A stretch of 10,892 bases of DNA, taken from Paraspadella gotoi (Eukaryota > Animalia > Chaetognatha). Position numbers and translations under genes: made by a program. Shown one piece after another: positions 1 through 9,305 of the stretch. The notes under the pieces are model-generated. The model saw only the letters and a list, made by a program, of their open reading frames with translations, ran no database searches and was not told where the DNA came from. Numbering within the stretch: position 1 is the first letter of the stretch; every line of letters starts with the position of its first letter. The DNA is taken from NCBI GenBank assembly GCA_051294375.1, contig JBJCIZ010001016.1, positions 1 through 10,892 of the forward strand, read 5' to 3'.

Positions 1-744
1 ACAGTAATATTTATTTGTACATAAAGTTAGTAACTCTTAAGTTATATAATATTTTAGAAAGGATATAGATAAACAAATATTCTAATTATAATAATTAATG
101 TGATTAGTAATGAAAAAGATTCATAGTATTTTTCTTCATGTCATTCAGGAAAAAATAAATGTTTTTGTTCTTGCACTGCCTCTCCATAGTGAAATTACAA
201 TTAATACTTTAAGTATTATTAAAATTTTAGTACAGAACAATAATTTTTTTAAAAATTATTACTCATTGATGTATTTACATTAAGAGTTCGATCAATAAAA
301 AGTATTGACTCTTTTATGGAGTTCAGAACAAGAAGGAGATGGCAAAGTTACTCCTCAATTTTGAGAAAGGAAAAAAAAAATCTGGATTCTTAAAATATTA
401 AATGGGAAATCCGTAACGGAACTTTGTTCCCATTTCATCCATAATGCAAAAAGTTTAACCAGAGGAAAGTTTCATATATATACTTGTCTATGACTTCTGG
501 GAAGGTTTTTGTTATTTTGTCATTTTGCTATGTGACAAAAAGGAAACGGTAAACACTAGTATAAACTGCAGCATATTCAGCTTTTCTTTAGGTTAAAAAC
601 TCCTTCTGAATCTATCAATCTATGAGTCCTTTTTGTCCTACAGACCGTTTTAAGGATACTACCAAACATATATTTATTAGCGTGCTTATTACCTTCAACA
701 CTTTTCAACATCTTTTTGTCTTCACGCCCGCGGATACGAGCGTT

Positions 745-1100
745 CATGATTTCACCCAGTCGAACAGTTTAACGCGAGTTTCCAAGAGAAAATGTTGCAA
801 TAAAAAAATAGGACTTTTATAAAGAGAGAGAAAGAGAGAGTTTCCAACAAAGAATTGAGAAAGAGATTTAAAAAAATTATATCTGTCAAATGCTGATGAA
901 GACTCGAACAAAACAAGAGTCGAAACATGTCCAATATTTATTTACTATAAAATCATTGTAAAACTATTAAAAATTTTTGTTTTCAAATCTGCTAATCTTA
1001 TCAACAACGAAATGAGAGAAAATATACAATGAAACTTTTATAGTACAGCAAATATTCTATCAGAAACTCACGTTAAACAGTTCGACCTGGTGAAATCCTG
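745..1100. mobile_element. MITE-like non-autonomous DNA transposon remnant with 38-bp terminal inverted repeats
   Basis: 745-782 CATGATTTCACCCAGTCGAACAGTTTAACGCGAGTTTC matches the reverse complement of 1063-1100 (CAGGATTTCACCAGGTCGAACTGTTTAACGTGAGTTTC) at 33/38. The ~280 bp interior is AT-rich and non-coding. No target-site duplication is visible. Confidence 0.65.
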
Positions 1101-2479
1101 CAAATGAAAAAATAATCAGCGGCAAAGGCAATCTTTGGAATCGCGATCAGAGGTGAAGCATGTCGGACAAATTAAATATACGTCAATTGGAGCTTTAGGC
1201 TTGTTGAAAAGGTCATGTCTCGCTTTCTCTTAATTCGAGCGTTTGGTCAAATATTTTAAGGTCAACTTTTTCTTGTGAAAACTTGCGTCGTACTTTTTAG
1301 TTTCGTTTAAATGACCAAAGCAGAAACAACGCTCGCCCCAAAGAAACTCATTTCCTACGAGCATTTTGGAAGTATTTTCACGTTTTAAATGTGTCTCATA
1401 ATAAAAACTTTGAAACTCATACAATTTCGTTTTTCTTCTAAAACTCATGTTGGACTCTTTGGACGGGCGACATCTAGAACGTTTGATTTCGCGAGCGTAA
1501 AGAGGAAACATCTTTACAAGGCTCATTAGTATATTTATGGTCGTGGCTGCGAGTGGTCGTGACCGTAGAGGGAGAAAAAGGGCTCGGCGTCCGACGGCTG
1601 TGGATTTGATATCGGCATCTTATTGAAGTAACGATGAAGCAACGTGAAACTGGGAATATCCCGATTATTTTTTATGTTAGGAATAGTTTACGAGTCAGGG
1701 GCAGTACGTACGGTCGTATGGTTTTAAGACCGTTTGTTTATATATTAATGGACTTTTTTATGATTTGTGGACTTAATTATCGGCCAAATTATGAACTGTT
1801 TTTAATCATTTGTAATAGACAAAAATTTGAAATCACGATCGTCGCCATCTCGAAAGTTACCCAAAAAGTTGAGGCAGCTCAAACATTCATGGAAATCATC
1901 ATGAAGCGACGTGTGATGTAGCCCATCGCAGGCACCGCAACGGCTCTTGAACGGCAATCCTCCTTTACGTATCCCTCCCGTAAACAACGGAAAATTGAGG
2001 CGAGAGACAACTGCCCGCGAATATATGACCATAAAATTAATTAGCCTAAAAGTGGTCAAATGACGAAAAAGGTTAAGCGAGGCAAGATATCTTTAACATA
2101 CATCCGAAAGCGCCAAACAATTGTAAAAAATCTTCAACTAAAAATTGTGCAACAATTATCAATCTCAAAAAAGACACACACGGCTGCAGGCAAACATAAG
2201 GAGAATTTACAATTTTCAAATGAGAGAAAGTAAAGAATATCTAACCTCGTCTTCTTCTTCTATCACTTGTGACCTAATAAATGCAAATTTATTTTTATAC
2301 ATCAATATTTTCTGAGGTTGAATCAAGAAATGGTTCTGTTTTCATTCGTTCTTATGACCGAATCACGATCGTCCGTCTGAAACTTGTTACTATTTTCTCT
2401 CATTAACATACATTTTGAAACTCTTGTCGAGTCATTTTTGAACGTTAGTTTCCGCTTGCAAAAAGATAGAATTTTTCTT

Positions 2480-2480
<1 letters not shown>

Positions 2481-2528
<48 letters not shown>
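2481..2528 (+). repeat. (AG)24 microsatellite followed by a degenerate purine-rich tail to ~2568
   Basis: Perfect AG dinucleotide run read directly from the sequence. Confidence 0.98.
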
Positions 2529-2533
<5 letters not shown>

Positions 2534-2738
2534 AACAGAGAAAGAGGGAGAAAGAAAGAGTGAGAGATAAGTCCGGTTATACTGATGCGGTCAGGGGCTT
2601 TATTTATTTCTTTCTCTCACTTATTCTCTCTTTGATATTGTTCATAAATCTTATAACCTTTAAATACGTAAAATTTCAATTGCTTTACCGAGAAACAACT
2701 TTTTATTAAGTAAAAATAAAACCAAAACTAAAATTCGA

Positions 2739-2752
2739 TGGTCACGTGACCA
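2739..2752. promoter_or_regulatory. 14-bp perfect palindrome TGGTCACGTGACCA (E-box; CLEAR/USF-type GTCACGTGAC core)
   Basis: The palindrome is seen directly, and GTCACGTGAC is the known bHLH-ZIP (MiT/TFE, USF) consensus. Function is not demonstrated. Confidence 0.35.
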
Positions 2753-2918
2753 ATTTCCACTAATCACAGATCGCAATTGAAGATTCTTTTAAAAATTGTA
2801 AAATCTGCAGTGGATCCTGAATATTTTTTGGGAATTTATTATTGTGAAATAAAATAAAACGACATTAGGTAATGGAATCACCGACAGGCAACATATTTTG
2901 AAAAATTATATGTGCATA

Positions 2919-3506
2919 TAGATCCGCCCTATTGTTAACGGTCAACAAAGCCTGGTGACGGCGATTCAAAAGAAGAGAAGAGTCCAGACCGTTCGTACAG
3001 TCGTACAAGCTCTCAGTGATCGCTGAGTTTACGACAAACGTGCAATTATTTAAAGAAGTAAGGCCAACGTATGTGGCCGACGCCTCATTCGCCGGCCAAA
3101 CTCCAACGTCAAATTCGAATCTTAGAGTCGAAGTGCAGGCCACAAGCCGACGGCGACATTCGCTCTCAAACCCGTTATCCCATCTCCAGACCATCTGACA
3201 CCGCTCAACACGTTTTTCGTCAGGCAAAGCAGGCATTCATCCTCCATTACAGCACCATATGAAGGACCTTACCGTGTAGTGAATCGGCAATGGAGCTTAA
3301 CGTCACCATCAAATCCAAGTAATAGGCCGCGAAATGCTAAACATCGCCCCAGTCAAACGCAGCGTGGGTTTTCAACGAGACGTTGGGAAGGTCGGTCAGG
3401 GACATCATCAGCGAACGCCCCAGCAGGCCGCCAGCCCGGCCCTACGAACGAGGACGCCGGCAAGAAGAACAACTCGGACAACTCGTCAAATATTCAACGC
3501 ACAGGG
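2919..3506 (+). mobile_element. Ty3/Gypsy pol fragment, 5'-truncated copy (end of RNase H plus integrase C-terminal GPY/F region), frameshifted
   Basis: IAEFTT...VADA (ORF 3016), DTAQHVF (ORF 3071) and CCATATGAAGGACCTTAC = PYEGPY near 3255-3272. Homologous to the later copies. Confidence 0.85.
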
Positions 3507-4010
3507 TCGCCCAACCGGTTCCTCCTCCTCCTCCTTCCCCCTCTCACTCCCGCCTATGCCGCAGTCATAACACCCCACCTTCCCCTCCAACCCAACCCAT
3601 CGTCCCGCTTTACGGTCTTTTCCTACTCCCTCTCTCTCAGACCTCCATGCGAGACGAGTCAAATCCCCGAAGGCGAGAAGAGAGAATCACAACAACAACA
3701 ACAACGAAAAAGGAAAAAACAACTCACACGAATCGAAGATCCCTCAAACCAACGCCAGAGAACTTTTTCCTAGCAGGATGCCAATCACTAATCGACCCAC
3801 TTACTCTGTCGTGCTCAAGGAGATGCTTCGACGTCAAAAAAATACAGAATGACAACAACAACAACGACGAAGAAGAAAAACAAAAATAAAAACCTCCCCT
3901 GTCGACCTAATTGACAGTCGGGCAATCTCTTCGTCCGCGGCATCCTCTGGTCTTGCCTCCCGTCTTCATCGCTCGACTGTCCAATATTACATCGTTACCC
4001 ATAGTGTTTT

Positions 4011-4040
4011 TTGGAAATTTTGGAATTTTGGAAATTTTTT
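4011..4040 (+). repeat. Short ~9-mer tandem (TTGGAAATT)x3, present in each full unit
   Basis: TTGGAAATTTTGGAATTTTGGAAATTTTTT, recurring near 6421-6448 and 8755-8784. Confidence 0.8.
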
Positions 4041-4167
4041 CAATTTTAGATTTTGTGAAATTTTATTTTTATATTTCTAATATTTTTATTAATCAACATA
4101 CTTTCAAGTCACACAAGATGGACGAACAACCATTTTTGTTTATTATATATTACAAAGGGGGCATGAA

Positions 4168-4288
4168 GGGCCAACTTGAGCGAATCAGATCCTTTTATAG
4201 AAATAATTCATATGATTGGATTCGAACCATTCGAAGCTCAGTTCCTGAGTGGACTCGAGCTACAGCTCTGGGCCACTCAGACCGACGC
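4168..4288 (-). ncRNA. Candidate Pol III-type structured RNA, paralogue L (unit 1; noisy copy)
   Basis: Minus-strand consensus GGGCCG TCTGAGTGGC CCA GAGC-TGTA-GCTC GA GTCACTCAGA ACTTGAGT TCGAT GGTTCGAATCC...GATTC GCTCAAGT GGCCT. It has an A-box-like TGGCCCAG, a perfect B-box and stems covarying with paralogue R. Confidence 0.55.
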
Positions 4289-4391
4289 TGATTTCTCAGC
4301 GATTTTGTTATTTCATCTTAAAGCTTTAAATCTAGATTTAGAAATACTTTTGTTTTTCTTAAAACAGTTGCTCTGTTCACCAAAAGATGTC

Positions 4392-4411
4392 TTGGCGCCA
4401 TTTGGCGCCAA
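4392..4411. promoter_or_regulatory. Double TTGGCGCCA(A) dyad motif in the spacer between the divergent RNA candidates (also 6802-6821 and 9118-9136)
   Basis: TTGGCGCCATTTGGCGCCAA is a GC-rich island in an AT-rich spacer and resembles the E2F-type site TTTGGCGC. Confidence 0.35.
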
Positions 4412-4466
4412 ACTTCGTTTCTTTGTTTTTAAAGTTTTAATAAGGTTTAGATTTGATGAGGAATCA

Positions 4467-4588
4467 GGGCTGTCTGGATGGCTCTGATTGTAACTCAAGG
4501 TCGTCCAGTAGCTCGAGTTCGATGGTTTTCGAATCCCATAAGTGGAAGGAATTATTTCTGTAATAGATTGATTCACTCGAAGCGGCCC
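4467..4588 (+). ncRNA. Candidate Pol III-type structured RNA, paralogue R (unit 1)
   Basis: Consensus GGGCTG TCTGGATGGC TCT GAGT-TGTA-ACTC AAG GTCGTCCAGA GCTCGAGT TCGAT GGTTCGAATCC...GATTC ACTCGAGC GGCCC. It forms a three-way junction and contains a B-box. Confidence 0.58.
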
Positions 4589-4882
4589 CATGCCCCACCT
4601 GTATAATCCATGTTGTCGCTTGTTTGAGAAAGTTTCTCCGACGTTGGTTTTGAGAATCTTGTCATCGTTGGCTCATTCCATCTTTTTTCGTTGGTTATTG
4701 TTGTTCTTTTTGCTCTTTTCTTCTTTTTGTTCGGAACCCGTCTCGCGTGAAGCTTGCAGAGAAGAGGAGGAGGGAGCAAAAGCCGTAAAGGGGGGATGGG
4801 TGGATGGGGGAGAAGGGTGGGGAACTTTTTGGGGCTGGGTCAGTGGGAGGAGGGGAGGAGAAGAAAGAGAGGAGCGGGGCGA

Positions 4883-5933
4883 TAAGAACGGAGTGAGGCA
4901 CGGCTTCAGAAACGCGTTAAAAGCTACAGAACTGCCTGACCAACGACGATAAAGGAACTGCAGAGATTTCTGGGGATTGATGAAATTACTACAGGGCGGT
5001 TTCATCCCCAGAGTCAACAACAGATTCGCGTCCCATTGTAACGAGGCCCTCAGTGGCAAAGCGAAAATCTGGACCTGGACAAACGACTGTGAACAAGCGT
5101 TTCAGATCAAAGCGGCAATTACTTATCATCCTGGAAACCGAAGCAAAACTTTGCATCAAAAACGGATGCATCAAGATTTGGCCATTGGAGTGCTGGAGCA
5201 AGAGGCCAAAGGAATGGGAAGCCTCTGGCCTTTTTCTTGCCAAGCTCGCCAAAAAACAACGATTATGGCCTCCGTTCGATAACGAACTTTTCGGCGCCTT
5301 CAAAGCTGTCCCCACTCCAAAGCACAGGGTCAAAGGTAGATCATTTACCTTGTAATACGGATCACCAAGCCTGGTGACGGCGATTCAAAAGAAAGAAGAG
5401 TCTCAGAAAACCGTTCGTGCAGTCGTATCAGCTCTCAGATGATCGCTGAGTTTACACAGACGTGCATTATTTAAAGAGTAAGGCCAACGTTTGTGGCCGA
5501 CGCCTCTCGCGCCAAAGCTCAACGTCAAACTTCGAATCTTATGAGTCGAAGTGGCAGCCACAAACCGACGGCGACATTCGCTAGCAAAAACCCGTTATCC
5601 ATCTCAGGAACCAATCTCGACACCGCTCAACACGTTTTTCATCAGGCGAGCAAGAGCATTTCATCCTCCACTTACAGCAACCATACTGAAGACCTTAACC
5701 CGTGGTAGTGAAATAGCAACGGCCTTAACGTCAGCATCAAAATCCCCAAGTAAAAGGCGCGAAATGCTAAACATCGCCCGCGTCAAACCCAGCGGGGTTT
5801 CAACGAGAACGTTGGAGGTCGATCAGGGACATCCTCAGCGACGCCGCAGGCAGGCCGCCAGCCCCGGCCTGACGAACGAGGACGCCGGCAGAAACAACTC
5901 GGACAACTCGTTCAAAATTATTCAACGCACAGG
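4883..5933 (+). mobile_element. Internally deleted Ty3/Gypsy pol fragment (RT thumb/connection, RNase H, GPY/F tail), frameshifted
   Basis: Pieces FIPRVN, WTNDCEQAFQIKAA, DLAIGVLEQ, PFDNELFGAFKAV, TNLDTAQHVF and LNIARVKP occur in alternating frames. Confidence 0.92.
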
Positions 5934-6324
5934 TCGGCCCGAACCGGTTTCCTGCCTCCTTCCTTCCTCCTTCCCCCCTCTCAACTCCCACCACACCCAC
6001 CTTCCCCCAACCAACCCCGTCCCCTTAGCCGTCTTTTCCTCCCTCTGCGTCTCAGCCTCCATGCGAGCGAGTCAATCCCAAAGCGATGAAGAGAGAATCA
6101 CAACAACAACAAACAACGAAAGGAAAAAAACAAAACTCAACGATCGAAAGATCCTCAAACGCAACGCCAAGAGAACTTTTCTAGCAAGGATGCCAATCAA
6201 CTAATCGACCCAACTTACTCTTCGTGCTCAAGGAGATGCCTTCGACGTCAAAAAATACAGAATGACAACAACAACAACGACGAAGAAGAAAACAAAAATA
6301 AAAAACCCGCCCCTGTCGACCTAA

Positions 6325-6392
6325 TTGACAGTCGGAGCATCTCGTCCCGCATCCTCGGTCTTCCTCCCGTCTTCCTCGGCTCCGACTGTCAA
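6325..6392. other. 12-14 bp perfect stem with a ~40-nt pyrimidine-rich loop (also 3913-3981 and 8663-8725)
   Basis: TTGACAGTCGGAGC (6325-6338) pairs with GCTCCGACTGTCAA (6379-6392). In unit 3, GACAGTCGGAGC (8663-8674) pairs with GCTCCGACTGTC (8714-8725). Confidence 0.8.
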
Positions 6393-6573
6393 ATATTAAA
6401 ACATCGTTACCATAGTGTTTTTTGAAATTTTGGAAATTTTGGAAATTTGTCAATTTTAGATTTTGTGAAAATTTTTATTTTTTATATTTCTATATTTTAT
6501 TATCAACATACTTTCAGTCCAACAAGATGGCGAAACATTTTTAGTTTATTATATATTACAACAGGGGGGCATG

Positions 6574-6699
6574 AGGCCACTTGAGCGAATCAGATTCTTT
6601 TATAGAAATAATTCAATCCATGGTTGGAATCGATACCATCGAACATCAAGTTCTGAGTGACTCGAGCCTTAACCAGCTCTGGGCGCACTCAGACGGCCC
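6574..6699 (-). ncRNA. Candidate structured RNA, paralogue L (unit 2)
   Basis: Tandem copy of 4168-4288. Retains the TCTGAGTG/CACTCAGA and ACTTGA/TCAAGT stems. Confidence 0.55.
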
Positions 6700-6873
6700 T
6701 GATTTTCTAGCGATTTTGTTTTTCATTTAAAGCTTTAAATCTCGATTTAGAAAATCTTTTGTTTTTCTTAAACAAGTTGCTCTGTTCACCAAAAGATGTC
6801 TTTGGCGCCATTTGGCGCCAACTTCGTTTTCTTTGTTTTTAAAGTTTTAATAGGTTTAGATTTATGAGAATCA

Positions 6874-6992
6874 GGGCCTGTCTGGATGGCTCTGAGTTGT
6901 AACTCAAGGTCGTCAGAGCTGAGTTCGATGGTTCGAATCCCAATAAGTGGAGAATTATTTTCTGTATAGATTTGATTCACTCGAGCGGCGCC
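6874..6992 (+). ncRNA. Candidate structured RNA, paralogue R (unit 2)
   Basis: Tandem copy of 4467-4588 with an intact GGTTCGAATCCC. Confidence 0.58.
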
Positions 6993-7288
6993 GTCATGCC
7001 CCCCTGTATAATCCATGTTGTGTCGGCTTGTTTGAGGAAAGTTTCCTCCGACGTTGGTTTTTGAGAATCTTCCATCGTTGGCTCATTCCCCCATCTTTTT
7101 CGTTGTTATGTTGTTCTTTTTTGCTCTTTCTTCTTTTGTTCCGGACCCGTCTCGCGTGGAAACTGCAGAAAGAAGGAAGGAGGGACAAAAAAGCGTAAAG
7201 GGGGGATGTGGGTGGGGGAGAGGGTGGGGATTGGGGCTGGGGTCCAGTGAGGGAGGAGGAGGAGGAGAAAAAGAGAAGGAGCGGGCGA

Positions 7289-8298
7289 TAAGAAGGAGTG
7301 AGGCCGCTTCCAGAACGCGTTAAAAGCTACACGGAAACTGCTCGACCCACGACGATAAAGGAACTGCAGAGATTCTGGGATGAAAATTAATACAGCGTTT
7401 CATCCAGAGTCAACCACAGATTCGCTCCCTTGTACGAGGCCCTCAGTGGCAAGCCGAAAAATCTGGACTGGACAAACGACTGTGAACAAGCGTTTCAGAT
7501 CCAAGCGGCATATTACTTCATCATTCCTGGAACCGGAGCAAAACTTTGCATCAAAACGGATGCTCAGATTTGGCCATTGAGCAGTGCTGGGCAAAGAGGC
7601 CAAAAGGATGGGAGCCTCTGGCCTTTTTCTTGGCCAAGCTCGCCAAAAAACAACGCTTATGGCCTCCGTTCGATAACGAACTTTTCGGCGCCTTCAAAGC
7701 TGTCCGCCACTCCAAGCACAGGGTGAAGGTAGATCATTTACCTTGTATACGGATCACCAAAGCCTGGTGAACGGATTCAAAGAAAGAAGAGTCTCAGACC
7801 GTTCGTCAGTCGTATCAGCTCTCAGTGATCGCTGAGTTTACGACAGACGTGCATTATTTAAAGAGTAAGGCCAACGTTGTGGCCGACGCCCTCTCCGGCC
7901 AAACTCAACGTCAAATTCGAATCTTAAGAGTCGAAGTGGCAGGCCACAAGCCGACGGCGACATTCGCTCATCAAAAAACCCGTTATCCATCTCCCGACCA
8001 ATCTCGACACCTCTCAACACGTTTCGTCAGGCGAGCAGGCATTCTCCTCACTTACAGCACATATGAAGGACCTTACCGTGTAGTGAATCGCAACGGCCTA
8101 ACGTCACCATCAAAATCCCCAAGTAAAGGCGCGAAATGCTAAACATCGCCCGCGTCAAACCAGCGTGGGTTCCAACGAGACGTTGAGGTCGATCAGGGAC
8201 ATCCTCAGCGACGCCCAGCAGGCCCCAGCCCGGCCACGAACGAGGACGCCGGCAGAAACAACTCGGAACAACTCGTTCAAATATTCAACGCAACAGGG
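7289..8298 (+). mobile_element. Internally deleted Ty3/Gypsy pol fragment, frameshifted
   Basis: LDWTNDCEQAFQ, IKTDA, WEPLAFF.AKL, ELFGAFKAVRH, IAEFTTDVHYLKSKANVVADALS and FVRR...YEGPYRVVNR in ORFs 7430, 7546 and 7825. Confidence 0.93.
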
Positions 8299-8901
8299 TC
8301 GCCCGAACCGGTTTCCTCCTCCTCCTCCTTCCCCCTCTCACTCCCAACCACCCCACTTCCCCAACCCACCCTCGTCCCCTTTATGTCTTTTCCTCCCTCT
8401 CTCCTCAGCCCCTGGAGAGGAGTCAATCCCAGAAGCGAGAGAGAGAATCACAAACAACAACAACAACGAAAAGGAAAAACAAATCACGATCGAAGATCTC
8501 AAAACCAACGCCAAGAGAAACTTTTCGAGCAGGATGCCATCACTAATCGACCCACTTACTCTGTCGTGCTCAAGGAGATGCTTCGACGTCAAAAAATACA
8601 GAATGACAACAACAACAACGACGAGAAGAAAACAAAAATAAAACCCCCCTGTCGACCTTAATGACAGTCGGAGCATCTTCGTCCCGGCATCCTCGGTCTT
8701 CCTCCGTCTTCTCGCTCCGACTGTCCAATATTACATCGTTACCCATAGTGTTTTTTGGAAATTTTGGAAATTTTGGAAATTTTTCAATTTAGATTTGTGA
8801 AATTTATTTTTATATTTCTATATTTATTATCAACATATCTTTCAGTCACACAAGATGGACGACAACATTTTGTTTATTATATATTAACAACAGGGGGGCA
8901 T

Positions 8902-9016
8902 GAGCCACTTGAGCGAATCAGTCTTTTATGAAATAATTCATCCATGGTTGGATTCGAACCATCGAACTCAAGTTATAGTGACTCGAGCTACAGCTCTGGG
9001 CCACTCAGACGGCCCC
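8902..9016 (-). ncRNA. Candidate structured RNA, paralogue L (unit 3)
   Basis: B-box on the minus strand at 8950-8960. The GAGC-TGTA-GCTC hairpin is intact. Confidence 0.58.
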
Positions 9017-9191
9017 TGATTTTTCTCAGCGATTTTGTTTTCATTTAAAAGCTTTAAATTCTCGATTTAGAAATCTTTTTTTTTCTTAAAACAGTTGCTC
9101 TGTTCACCAAAGATGTCTTGGCGCCATTGGCGCCAACTTCGTTTTCTTTGTTTTTAAGGTTTTAAATAGGTTTAGATTTGATGAGGAATCA

Positions 9192-9305
9192 GGGCTGTCT
9201 GGATGGCTCTGAGTTGTAACTCAGGTCGTCCAGAGCTCGAGTTCGATGGTTCGAATCCCATAAGTGAGAATTATTCTGTAATAGATTTGATTCACTCGGC
9301 GGCCC
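9192..9305 (+). ncRNA. Candidate structured RNA, paralogue R (unit 3)
   Basis: A-box-like TGGCTCTGAG at 9204 and B-box GGTTCGAATCC at 9248, a 44-nt spacing as in tRNA genes. The 10-bp stem TCTGGATGGC/GTCGTCCAGA is intact. Confidence 0.6.

Larger units (their letters stand above)
3507..4882. repeat. Long imperfect inverted duplication, unit 1 (arms ~3507-3770 plus ~4100-4330 vs ~4428-4882; ~330 bp extra segment in the left arm)
   Basis: The reverse complement of 4455-4610 aligns with 4141-4298, and the reverse complement of 4620-4882 aligns with 3507-3770 (shared CCCCACC, CTTTACG, GCGAGACG, CAACGAAAAA, CTCAAA(A)CCAACG). Identity is roughly 65-80% by eye. Confidence 0.9.
5934..7288. repeat. 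Long imperfect inverted duplication, unit 2
   Basis: Same arms and order as 3507-4882. Confidence 0.9.

Noticed and set aside
622-2059. ORFs at 622, 752, 1230, 1634 and 1802 as genes
   Set aside because: Short, several with non-ATG starts, no recognisable motifs, and two overlap the MITE-like element.
1181-2098. Weak inverted similarity between 1181-1225 and 2043-2098
   Set aside because: Two short mismatched blocks in swapped order, too weak to call TIRs.
4455-4600. Hammerhead/HDV/twister ribozyme, SRP RNA (UGUNR-like loop), vault RNA or 5S rRNA
   Set aside because: No CUGAUGA...GAAA core, no nested pseudoknot found, no SRP helix-8 motif, B-box not near the 3' end as in vault RNA, and no 5S sequence similarity. 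An Rfam search is still needed.
3279-5059. Pro/Gln/Thr/Asn/Glu-rich ORFs in the arms as independent proteins
   Set aside because: They are translations of low-complexity CCT/CAA/GAG tracts, open in several frames and inconsistent between copies.
8839-9018. TTTCAG splice/trans-splice acceptor followed by ATG and a short plus-strand ORF
   Set aside because: The frame is not kept between copies, and the substitution pattern is better explained by RNA structure on the minus strand.
9197-9270. tRNA gene (loose resemblance to tRNA-Leu: GTCTGGATGGC...GGTTCGAATCCCA)
   Set aside because: No acceptor or anticodon stems form and the alignment needs many gaps. The covarying fold is a different three-way junction. 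tRNA ancestry is possible, but this is not a tRNA gene.
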